NCBI GenBank assembly: GCA_040307135.1
Contig: JAWRKD010000130.1
Span: 4,231-68,230 of the forward strand
DNA from: Desulfovibrionaceae bacterium
GTDB lineage: Bacteria > Desulfobacterota > Desulfovibrionia > Desulfovibrionales > Desulfovibrionaceae
Direction of reading: 5' to 3'
DNA length: 64,000 nucleotides
Shown: positions 51,339 to 61,229 of the stretch, piece after piece
How the letters are laid out: every line of letters begins with the position of its first letter
How positions within the stretch are numbered: the first letter of the stretch is position 1
The notes under the pieces: generated by a model
Told to the model about the DNA's origin: nothing
Seen by the model: only the letters and a program-made list of their open reading frames with translations
Databases searched by the model: none
Made by a program: the position numbers and the translations under genes

Positions 51339-53348
51339 ATGATCTTCTTCCGAAAAAACGACGAGCCCGGACCTGCGGAGCAGGAGGGCCTGGAAGGCCT
51401 CAAGGCCAAGGCCCACGCCGCGGACCTGCCCGAGGCCACTCGCAAGGCCGTGGACGCCGAGTTGGAACGCCTGGCCAAGACCGACCCTTCCGTAGCCGAG
51501 TACGGCATCGGCGCCAACTATATCGAATGCCTCCTGGACCTGCCCTGGAACCGCCTGACCCAGGACAACCTGGACCTCAAGCGGGCCGAGGCCGTGCTCG
51601 ACGCCAGCCACGCGGGCCTGGGCCAGGTCAAGGACCGGGTCCTGGAGTACCTGGCCCAGCGGACCATGGCCGCGCGCCGCGCCCCCTCGGTGCTCGTGGT
51701 GGACGACGAGTCCATCGCCCGCAACAACCTCCGTCACATCCTCTCCCGCGAGGGCTACCAGGTGGAGGCCGCGGCCAACGGCGAGGAGGCCATGGAAAAG
51801 GTCCGGCGCTGGGAGTTCGACCTCATCGTCACGGACCTCAAGATGGACCACATGGACGGCATGACGCTCCTGGAGGAGGCCAAGAAGGTCTCGCCCGGCA
51901 CCAGCATCATGATCGTCACCGGCTACGCCACCGTGGACACGGCCGTGCAGGCCATGAAGACCGGGGCCGTGCACTACCTCTCCAAACCCATCGAGATCGA
52001 CGAGCTGCGCAACTCGGTGCGCGAGATCCTCAAGGGCAGCGCCCGGCAGTACGGCTCGCGCTCGCCCATCCTCTGTTTCGCGGGCCCCCCGGGCGTGGGC
52101 AAGACCTCGGTGGGCATGGCCGTGGCCGAGGCCCTGGGCCGCAAGTTCTGCCGCCTGTCCCTGGCCGACCTGCGCGACGAGGCCGAGCTGCGGGGCCATC
52201 GCCGGACCTACGTGGGCGCCCTGCCCGGCCGCATCATCCAGGCCATCCGCAGCGTGGGCGTGAAGAACCCCGTGTTCATGCTCGACGAGATGGACAAGAT
52301 CGCCCAGGACGCCAAGGGCGACCCGGCCTCGGCGCTCCTGGAGATCCTGGACCCCGAGCAGAACAGCCGCTTCCTGGACCGCTACCTGGACGTGCCCTTC
52401 GACCTCTCGGCCGTGCTCTTCATCGCCACGGCCAACGGCACGGCGCGGCTGGCCGGGCCGGTGCTCGACCGCATGGAGGTGGTCACCTTCTCGGGCTATT
52501 CCGAGGCCGAGAAGCTGGAAATCTCCCGCCGTTTCCTGGTGCCCCGCCAGCTGCGGGAGCACGGCCTGACCCAGCCCTTCCCGCCCTTCACGGACGAGGC
52601 CCTCTCGCGCATCATCCGCGAACACACCAACGAGGCCGGAGTGCGCGGCCTGGACCGTGAGATCGGCCGGGTCTGCCGCAAGCTGGCCCGATCCTGCCTG
52701 GAAAAGGGCCAGATCGGCTACCTGGGCGACATCACCCCGGAACTGGTGGCCTCGCTCCTGGGCCCGGCGCGCTTCAGCCACGAGGCCGCGGCGGGCGCCC
52801 CGCGGGTGGGTGCGGCCACGGGCCTGGTCTGGTCCGAGGCCGGGGGCGAGCTGGTCTCGGTGGAGGCCTCGCGCATGCCCGGCACGGGCCAGCTCCTGCT
52901 CACCGGCTCCCTGGGCGAGGTGCTCAAGGAATCGGCCCAGATCGCGCTCAGCCACATCCGCGGCAACGCCGGACGCCTGGGCGTGGACCCCGGGTTCTTC
53001 GCGGGCCAGGACATCCACATCCCGGCGGGCGGGGTGAGCAAGGACGGCCCCTCGGCCGGACTGACCATCGCCGTGGCCCTGGTCTCCCTGCTCACCGGCA
53101 GGCCGGTGCGCGCCGACGTGGCCCTGTCCGGCGAAATCTCCCTCTCCGGCCGCGTGCTCCGCGTGGCGGGCGTGCGCGAGAAGCTCCTGGCCGCGGTGCG
53201 CGGCGGAGTGCGCCAGGTTGTGCTGCCCGAGGAGAACGGAGCCGACGTGGAGACCCTGCGCCGCTCCTCCCCGGGCCTGCCCGAGGCCGTCCTGGCCCGG
53301 GACATCGACGCGGCCCTGGCCGCGGCCCTGGAAGGAGGCCACCCGTGA
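51339..53348 (+). CDS. Lon-family ATP-dependent serine protease lacking the N-terminal LAN domain and carrying an inserted response-regulator receiver (REC) domain
   Basis: ATG at 51339 (RBS AGGGAGGGG) gives 669 aa. Lon helical segment LPEATRKAVDAELERL...LDLPWN...GLGQVKDRVLEYLA. Then REC: VLVVDDESIARNNL...DLIVTDLKMDHMDG...IMIVTGY...YLSKP. Then Walker A ILCFAGPPGVGKTS, Walker B VFMLDEMDK, and the Lon_C domain with KDGPSAG (catalytic Ser) and GVREKLLAA (catalytic Lys). Confidence 0.9.
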   Translation: MIFFRKNDEPGPAEQEGLEGLKAKAHAADLPEATRKAVDAELERLAKTDPSVAEYGIGANYIECLLDLPWNRLTQDNLDLKRAEAVLDASHAGLGQVKDRVLEYLAQRTMAARRAPSVLVVDDESIARNNLRHILSREGYQVEAAANGEEAMEKVRRWEFDLIVTDLKMDHMDGMTLLEEAKKVSPGTSIMIVTGYATVDTAVQAMKTGAVHYLSKPIEIDELRNSVREILKGSARQYGSRSPILCFAGPPGVGKTSVGMAVAEALGRKFCRLSLADLRDEAELRGHRRTYVGALPGRIIQAIRSVGVKNPVFMLDEMDKIAQDAKGDPASALLEILDPEQNSRFLDRYLDVPFDLSAVLFIATANGTARLAGPVLDRMEVVTFSGYSEAEKLEISRRFLVPRQLREHGLTQPFPPFTDEALSRIIREHTNEAGVRGLDREIGRVCRKLARSCLEKGQIGYLGDITPELVASLLGPARFSHEAAAGAPRVGAATGLVWSEAGGELVSVEASRMPGTGQLLLTGSLGEVLKESAQIALSHIRGNAGRLGVDPGFFAGQDIHIPAGGVSKDGPSAGLTIAVALVSLLTGRPVRADVALSGEISLSGRVLRVAGVREKLLAAVRGGVRQVVLPEENGADVETLRRSSPGLPEAVLARDIDAALAAALEGGHP

Positions 53349-54792
53349 TCGCCCTGAGCCTGCCCATCCGCCACAAGGTGGCCCTGGGCATCGTGTCCGC
53401 CATGCTGGCCCTGGGGCTCCTGGGGGCCGTGTCCTACCACCACCTGGCCCAGATCGAGGACGCCCTGCGCCTGGCCGAGGTGGTGGACGACCTGGCCAAC
53501 GATATCCTGGAAGTGCGCCGCTACGAGAAGAACTACCTCCTCTATTCCCTGGAGGAGGATCTGATTGAGAGCCTGCGCTACGCCGACCTGGGCCTGGCGA
53601 GCATCGACCGCATCGCCCGGGACGAGACCGCGGTGCACACCTCCCGGACCGGAGCCGACGGCTTCGCCCGCCTGCGAATCCTGCTCCTGCGCTACAAGCA
53701 GGGCGTGCTCGAGCTGGCCGGCAGCAACGGCGCCAAGGCCGAACTGGAGACCGCGCGCAACGAGCTGCGCGAACACGGCAAGGCCCTGGTGGAGACCTCC
53801 CAGGGTTTCGTGGCCGAACAGCGCGAGGGCATCCTGCGCATCGTGAACAGCCTGAAGCAGCAGCTTCTGCTCTCCATCTGCGCGGCCCTGGGCCTGGGCC
53901 TGGCCTTCGCCTGGTTCGTGGGCCGCAACATCATCCAGGCCCTGCGCCTCATCAACCGCTCCACCACCCAGATCGCCCAGGGCGACTTCACGCCCCTGCC
54001 CGTGCCCCGCAGCCGCGACGAGACCCGCAACATGGCCGAGGCCTTCAACCGCATGATCGTGGAGCTGGAGAAGCGCCAGAACCAGCTGGTGCAGGAGAAG
54101 AAGCTGGCCTCCCTGGGCGTGCTCACCTCGGGCATAGCCCACCAGCTGAACAACCCCCTCAACAACATCTCCACCTCCTGCCAGATCCTGCGCGAGGAGG
54201 GGGTGGTCCGGGAGGACGAGTTCACCCGCGAACTCCTGGACAACATCTACCACGAGGTCCTGCGCTCGCGGGACATCGTGAAGGGGCTCCTGGAGTTCTC
54301 GCGGGTCACGGACTTCTCGCTCAAGCCCGTGTCCCTGGACGCCGTGGTGGAGCGCTCCATGCGCCTGGTGGCCAGTCAGCTCCCGGCGGGCGTCGAAACC
54401 GAGCGGAACATCCCGGCCGACCTCCTGGTGCCCATGGACGCCCAGCGCATGCAGGAGGTCTTCCTGAACCTGTTCATCAACGCCATGCAGGCCATGACCC
54501 CGCCGGGCCGCATCACGGTGCGGGCCGAGGCCGACGCGGCCCGGGGCCAGGCCGTGATCCGGGTGGAGGACACGGGCACGGGCATCAAGCCCGAGCACCT
54601 GGGCCGCATCTTCGATCCCTTCTACACCCTGAAGGAGGTGGGCAAGGGCACGGGCCTGGGCCTGTCCATCGTCTTCGGCATCATCAAGAAGCACGGCGGC
54701 ACCATCGTGGCCGAGAACCGCCAGGACCGCCAGGGCGCGGTGTTCACCATCCGCCTGCCCCTGGAGCGGCCGGAGCCCAAGGAGGTCTGCCA

Positions 54793-54796
<4 letters not shown>
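53345..54796 (+). CDS. Sensor histidine kinase (2 TM, HAMP, HisKA, HATPase)
   Basis: 483 aa. The GTG start overlaps the lon stop (GTGA). HAMP IIQALRLINRSTTQIAQGDF...MAEAFNRMIVEL; H-box LTSGIAHQLNNPLNNI; N box FLNLFINAMQAM; G boxes DTGTGI...GKGTGLGLSIV. Confidence 0.9.
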
Positions 54797-56151
<1,355 letters not shown>

Positions 56152-56179
56152 ACCCGTCCCGCGCCTGCGCCCGTCCCCC

Positions 56180-56206
56180 TTGACTCCCCCTTGACCGGGG
56201 TATAAT
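56180..56206 (+). promoter_or_regulatory. Near-consensus sigma-70 promoter upstream of the hydrogenase-like operon
   Basis: TTGACT-N15-TATAAT (56180-56185 and 56201-56206). A second TTGACC is at 56191. It ends 33 nt before the ATG at 56239. The spacer is shorter than the optimal 17. Confidence 0.45.
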
Positions 56207-56238
56207 GGACAGGCGTTTTTTCCCTACGGGAGGGGTCC

Positions 56239-58209
56239 ATGGTTCTCTTCTGTTCCGGGATTGCGGTGCTCCTGGCCGGAGCCCTGTGCGCCTTCATCCT
56301 GGCGCGCCGCGACCAGGCGGCCAACGCCCTGGGGCCCTTGGCTGCGGCCCTGGGCTCGGGCCTCTGCCTGGCGGCCGGCGCCCTGGCCCTGGCAGGCGAC
56401 ACCTGGAGCCTGACCCTGGCCTGGGCCATGCCCGGGGCCTCCTTCCGCCTGGCCCTGGATCCCCTCTCCGGCTTGTTCCTGCTTCCGGGCGGCATTCTGG
56501 GCCTGGCCTCGGCATGGTCCGGCCACGCCGCGCTCAAGCACCACGACGGCGGCCTGGGTCCGCACTGGGGCTTCTTCAACCTGACGCTGGCCGCCTCGGC
56601 CGTGGTCTTCGCGGCCCGCGACTCTCTGCTCTTCCTCCTGGCCTGGGAGGTCATGTCCGTGGCCTCCTTTTTCTGCATCACCCTGGAGGACCGCGAGGAA
56701 CGGGTGCGCTCCGCGGGCTGGCTCTACTTCGTGGCCGCCCACCTGGGGGCCGCGGCCCTGCTGGCCCTGTTCCTGGTGCTGGGCTCGGCCGCGGGCGCGC
56801 AGGACTTCGCCGCCTTCTCCGGCCTGGGACTCACCGGCGGCACGGCCGCGGCCGTGTTCCTCCTGGCCCTGGCCGGGTTCGGCTCCAAGGCCGGATTCTT
56901 CCCCATGCACGTCTGGCTGCCCGAGGCCCATCCAGCCGCGCCGAGCCACATCTCGGCCTATCTTTCGGGCGCGCTCATCAAGGCCGGGCTCTACGGATTC
57001 TTGCGCGTGCTCACCTTCCTGGGGGCGCCGCCCACCTGGTGGGGCGGGCTCTGCCTGATCCTCGGCCTGGCCGGGGCCCTGCTCGGCATCCTCCTGGCCC
57101 TGGGCCAGGCCAACCTGAAGCGCCTGCTGGCCTACTCCAGCGTGGAGAACATGGGCATCATGCTCCTGGGCGTGGGCGTGGGGCTCCTTGGTCTGGCCAA
57201 CGGCGCGCCGCTGGCCGCAGGACTGGGATTCGCCGGGACGCTTCTGCACATGCTCAACCACTGCCTCATGAAGGGCCTGCTCTTCCTGGCCGCGGGCTCG
57301 GTGCTCCACGGCGCGGGCACGGTGCGCATGCCGCTTTTGGGCGGTCTGCTCAAGCGCATGCCGGCCACAGGCACGCTCTTCTGCCTGGGGGCACTGGCCA
57401 TCTGCGGCCTGCCGCCGGGCAACGGATTCTTGAGCGAACTCCTGCTCTACGTGGCCGCCGCGGGCTGGGCCAAGGGCCTGGGTCCGGCCCAGGCCGCCCT
57501 GCTCTGGGCCGCGGTGGTGGGTCTGGCCCTCACCGGCGGGCTGGCGGCCTTCGCCATGGTCCGGGCCTTCGGCCTGACCTTCCTGGGCGAGCCGCGCTCC
57601 GGCGTGGTGGACCACGCCCACGAGCCCGGCCCGGGCGAAGTCGGCCCCGTGGCCGCCCTGGCCCTGCTCTGCGGCCTGGCCGCGGCCGCCGCGCCCCTGA
57701 TCCTGGCCGGCATCTGGCCCGCCGCGGCCCAGCTGGCCCCGGTGGGCGACGCGCCCCTGGCCCTGGGCCGCAGCCTGCTCGGCGCCACGGTGGCGGCCCT
57801 GGCCGCGCTCCTGCTTCTGGTCCTGGCCGCGGCCCTGGCCCGCCGCCTGCTCCTGCGTGGCCGCAGCGTGGCCCAGGCCCCCACCTGGGGCTGCGGCTAC
57901 ACCGCCCCCACGCCCCGCATGCAGTACAGCCCGGCCTCGTTCTCGGCCGAGGCCGAGTCCATGGCCCGGCAGGCCACGGGCTACGTGGAGACGCGCCAGG
58001 ACCCCACGGGCTATTTCCCGGGCCGCTCCGGCTTCGCCTCCGCCTGCCGGGACCGCGTGCTGCACGGCTTGTTCGGCGCGCCCTTCGCCCGGCTGGCCCA
58101 GCTCTGCGACCAGTTCAAGGTCATCCAGCACGGCAGGACCCAGTTCTACATCCTCTACATCTTCGCGGCCCTGCTCGGGGTCCTGGCCTGGAGGGTCTGG
58201 CTGCCGTGA
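56239..58209 (+). CDS. HyfB/NuoL-like antiporter-type membrane subunit
   Basis: 656 aa, polytopic. WEVMSVASFFCI..., FGSKAGFFPMHVWLPEAHPAAPS...SALLSGALIKAGLYG..., LLAYSSVENMGIMLLG are Mrp/NuoL-family motifs. Confidence 0.9.
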   Translation: MVLFCSGIAVLLAGALCAFILARRDQAANALGPLAAALGSGLCLAAGALALAGDTWSLTLAWAMPGASFRLALDPLSGLFLLPGGILGLASAWSGHAALKHHDGGLGPHWGFFNLTLAASAVVFAARDSLLFLLAWEVMSVASFFCITLEDREERVRSAGWLYFVAAHLGAAALLALFLVLGSAAGAQDFAAFSGLGLTGGTAAAVFLLALAGFGSKAGFFPMHVWLPEAHPAAPSHISAYLSGALIKAGLYGFLRVLTFLGAPPTWWGGLCLILGLAGALLGILLALGQANLKRLLAYSSVENMGIMLLGVGVGLLGLANGAPLAAGLGFAGTLLHMLNHCLMKGLLFLAAGSVLHGAGTVRMPLLGGLLKRMPATGTLFCLGALAICGLPPGNGFLSELLLYVAAAGWAKGLGPAQAALLWAAVVGLALTGGLAAFAMVRAFGLTFLGEPRSGVVDHAHEPGPGEVGPVAALALLCGLAAAAAPLILAGIWPAAAQLAPVGDAPLALGRSLLGATVAALAALLLLVLAAALARRLLLRGRSVAQAPTWGCGYTAPTPRMQYSPASFSAEAESMARQATGYVETRQDPTGYFPGRSGFASACRDRVLHGLFGAPFARLAQLCDQFKVIQHGRTQFYILYIFAALLGVLAWRVWLP

Positions 58210-59117
58210 ACGCCCTGACCCTCTTCCATTTCGGCCTGGGCCTGGTCCTGGCCCCGCTGCTCCCGGGCGTCATCAACCGGGTCAAGGCGTTGTTCGGCGG
58301 CCGCAAGGGCAAACCCCTGCTCCAGCTTTACTTCGACCTGGCCAAGCTGGTGCGCAAGGGCGCGGTGTACAGCACCACCAGCACCTGGATCTTCAAGGCC
58401 GGTCCGCTCGTCGGCCTGGCCGCCCTGGTCCTGGCCCTGGCCTTCCTTCCCTTTGCCGGGGTGGACGCCCTCTGCTCCTTCCCGGGCGACGTCTTCCTCT
58501 TCGCCTACCTGCTCGGCCTGGCCCGCTTCTGCACCATGCTGGCAGCCCTGGACACAGGCTCCAGCTTCGAGGGCATGGGCGCGGCCCGCGAGGCCCTGTT
58601 CTCGGCCCTGGCCGAACCGGCCCTGGTCCTGGCCTTCCTCGTCTTCATCAGCCGCTCGGGCTCCCTGACCCTGTCGGCCATGCTCAAGTCCCCGGCCAAC
58701 ATGGACTGGACCCTGCACGGGCCGTCGCTTCTGCTCATCGCCGCGGCCCTGTTCCTGGTGCTCCTTTCGGAGAACTGCCGCATCCCCTTCGACGACCCCA
58801 ACACGCACCTGGAACTGACCATGATCCACGAGGTCATGGTCCTGGACCACAGCGGCCCGGACCTGGCCTTCATCCTCTACGGCGCAAGCCTCAAGCTCTG
58901 GATCTTCGCGGCCCTGCTCGTGAACGCCGTGGCCCCCTGGGGTGTGGCCAGCGACTGGCTGGACGGCCTGGCGGGCCTGGCCTGCGTGTTCCTGGTGGCC
59001 GTGGCCGTGGGCGTCATGGAATCGATCATGGCCCGCTACCGGCTGCCCCAGGTGCCCAAGGCCCTCACCGTGGCCGGGGCCCTGGCCCTCCTGGCCTTGG
59101 TGCTCACCTGGAGATAG
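58206..59117 (+). CDS. HyfC/HycD/NuoH-like membrane subunit
   Basis: GTG at 58206 overlaps the upstream stop (GTGA); 303 aa. ...LLPGVINRVKALFGGRKGKPLLQLYFDLAKL...SENCRIPFDDPNTHLELTMIHEVMVLDHSG are HycD-like motifs. Confidence 0.85.
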   Translation: MNALTLFHFGLGLVLAPLLPGVINRVKALFGGRKGKPLLQLYFDLAKLVRKGAVYSTTSTWIFKAGPLVGLAALVLALAFLPFAGVDALCSFPGDVFLFAYLLGLARFCTMLAALDTGSSFEGMGAAREALFSALAEPALVLAFLVFISRSGSLTLSAMLKSPANMDWTLHGPSLLLIAAALFLVLLSENCRIPFDDPNTHLELTMIHEVMVLDHSGPDLAFILYGASLKLWIFAALLVNAVAPWGVASDWLDGLAGLACVFLVAVAVGVMESIMARYRLPQVPKALTVAGALALLALVLTWR

Positions 59118-59119
59118 CG

Positions 59120-59758
59120 ATGCGGGAACTGCTCGACCCCCTGGCCACCTCGGTCATCCTGGCCAACCTGCTCCTGCTGGCCTGCAGCCGCCTGCGGGTG
59201 GGCGTGACCCTGGCCGCGGTCCAGGGCATCCTCTTGAGCCTCGCGCCCATGGCCCTGCCCCAGGCCGAGCCCAACCTGCAGCTGGCCGCGTTCTGCGTCA
59301 CGGCGCTCTGCGTCAAGGGCCTCATCTTCCCCTGGATGCTCATCCGCACCCTGCAGCGGGTCAAGGCCCGCCGCGAGATGGAGCCGGTGCTCGGCTACAA
59401 CCTCTCGGTGCTGGCGGGCATCGCCGGGCTGGTGCTGGCCATCTGGCTGCGCGGCCAGCTGGGCCTGACCGAGGCCCTGGCCCTGCCCGCCACCGCGGCC
59501 TTCATGACCGGCATCACCGGCTTCCTCCTCCTCATCATCCGGCGCAAGGCCATCACCCAGGTCATCGGCTACCTGGTGGCCGAGAACGGCATCTTCCTCT
59601 TCGGCACCCTGGTTTCGGCCCACGCCGAGATCTGGGTGGAGCTGTCCATGCTCCTGGACCTCTTCGTGGCGGTCTTCGTCATGGGCATCGCCATCCACAA
59701 CATCGGCCGCGAGTTCTCCTCCATCAACACCGACCGCATCGCGTCGCTCAAGGACTGA
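59120..59758 (+). CDS. HyfE-like (NuoK-related) membrane subunit
   Basis: ATG at 59120; 212 aa. Six or seven hydrophobic helices. ...ITQVIGYLVAENGIFLFG... is the HyfE family pattern. Confidence 0.8.
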   Translation: MRELLDPLATSVILANLLLLACSRLRVGVTLAAVQGILLSLAPMALPQAEPNLQLAAFCVTALCVKGLIFPWMLIRTLQRVKARREMEPVLGYNLSVLAGIAGLVLAIWLRGQLGLTEALALPATAAFMTGITGFLLLIIRRKAITQVIGYLVAENGIFLFGTLVSAHAEIWVELSMLLDLFVAVFVMGIAIHNIGREFSSINTDRIASLKD

Positions 59759-59760
59759 CC

Positions 59761-61227
59761 GTGCTGCTGGCCGCCCTCGTGCTCATCCCCCTGGCCGCCG
59801 CAGCGCTGGCCTTCCTGCTCCGGGCCAACGGGCCGCGGCGCGGCCTGCTCCTGGCCGCGTCCCTGGCCCACGCCGCGCTCACGGCGAGCGCCTGGGCCGT
59901 GGCGCCGGCCCCGACCTTCCAGGGCAACCTGGCCCTGGACCCCCTGGGCCGGCTCTTCCTGAGCCTCATCAGCCTGGTCTTCCTGGCCGCGTCCCTTTAC
60001 GGCGTGTCCTACCTGGGCGGCGAGGAATCCGGACCGCGGCAGGACTTCCAGGGCCAGGGCCTGTTCCTGAACGCGCCCGAGGCCCGCTTCACGGCCTGCC
60101 TGCTCCTGTTCCTCTCCTCCATGACCCTCACGGTGCTGGCCCAGAACCTGGCCCTGGTCTGGGTCGGGGTGGAGGCCACCACCCTGGCCAGCGCGCCGCT
60201 CATCTACTTCCACCGCCACGGCCGTTCCCTGGAGGCGGCCTGGAAGTACCTCATGGTCTGCTCCGTGGGCATCGCCCTGGCGCTCATCGGCAACATCCTG
60301 CTCTCCGCGGCCCAGCCCGGCGGTGCGGAAAGCATGCTCCTTCCCGACCTGATCCGGAGCGCCCCGGCCATGCGCCAGCCCTGGCTCAAGGCGGCCTTCG
60401 TCTTCACCCTGGTGGGCTACGGCACCAAGATGGGCCTGGCCCCCATGCACACATGGCTACCCGACGCCCACTCCGAGGCCCCGTCCATGGGCTCGGCGCT
60501 CTTCTCCGGCATCCTGCTCAACTGCGCCTTCCTGGGCATCCTGCGGGTCTATCAGGTGGCCCTGGCCGCGGACCTGGCCCCCTTCTGCCAGGAGCTGTTC
60601 CTGGCCTTCGGGCTTTTCTCCATGGGCCTGGCCGCGGTGTTCATCGTGGGCCAGGGCGACTACAAGCGCATGCTGGCCTACTCCAGCGTGGAGCACATGG
60701 GCCTGCTCGTGCTGGGCCTGGGTCTGGGCGGCGGCGCGGTCTTCGGCTCCATGCTCCACGCCGTGAACCATTCCCTGGCCAAGTCCATGCTCTTCCTGCT
60801 CTCGGGCAACATCCTGACCGTGTACCACTCCAAGTCCACCTACGACGTGCGCGGCCTGACCCGCGCCCTGCCCGCCACGGGCTGGCTCTGGCTCATGGGC
60901 TTTTTGGCCATCACCGGCACCCCGCCCTTCGGCGCGTTCGTCAGCGAATTCACCATTCTGCGCCAGGCCTTCGCCGCCGGCCGCTACGGCGTGGCCGCCG
61001 CGGCCCTGGTCTTCCTGGCCATGATCTTCATCGGCATGTCGGTGTCCGTGCTGCGCATGGCCCAGGGCAACGTGCCCCCGGACGCCCAGCGCCGCCTGAA
61101 GCCCGAGCCCGCGCTCTCCCTGGTCCCGCCCCTGGTCCTGGGCCTGGCGGCCCTGGGCCTGGGCCTGTTCGTCCCGGAAGCCCTGCGCCATCTGCTGGAG
61201 CAGGCCGCCGTGGTGCTGGGAGGCTAG
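59761..61227 (+). CDS. HyfF/NuoM/N-like antiporter-type membrane subunit
   Basis: GTG at 59761; 488 aa. ...VGVEATTLASAPLIYF..., GYGTKMGLAPMHTWLPDAHSEAPS...SALFSGILLNCAFLG..., MLAYSSVEHMGLLVLG. Confidence 0.85.
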   Translation: MLLAALVLIPLAAAALAFLLRANGPRRGLLLAASLAHAALTASAWAVAPAPTFQGNLALDPLGRLFLSLISLVFLAASLYGVSYLGGEESGPRQDFQGQGLFLNAPEARFTACLLLFLSSMTLTVLAQNLALVWVGVEATTLASAPLIYFHRHGRSLEAAWKYLMVCSVGIALALIGNILLSAAQPGGAESMLLPDLIRSAPAMRQPWLKAAFVFTLVGYGTKMGLAPMHTWLPDAHSEAPSMGSALFSGILLNCAFLGILRVYQVALAADLAPFCQELFLAFGLFSMGLAAVFIVGQGDYKRMLAYSSVEHMGLLVLGLGLGGGAVFGSMLHAVNHSLAKSMLFLLSGNILTVYHSKSTYDVRGLTRALPATGWLWLMGFLAITGTPPFGAFVSEFTILRQAFAAGRYGVAAAALVFLAMIFIGMSVSVLRMAQGNVPPDAQRRLKPEPALSLVPPLVLGLAALGLGLFVPEALRHLLEQAAVVLGG

Positions 61228-61229
61228 GC

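Noticed and set aside
56205-59117. 970-aa plus-strand ORF and 635-aa minus-strand ORF (56224..58131) over the first hydrogenase-like genes
   Set aside because: Only the last 303 codons of the 970-aa ORF (from GTG at 58206) look like a membrane protein (HycD-like). The upstream part is out of frame with the clear NuoL-like gene at 56239..58209.
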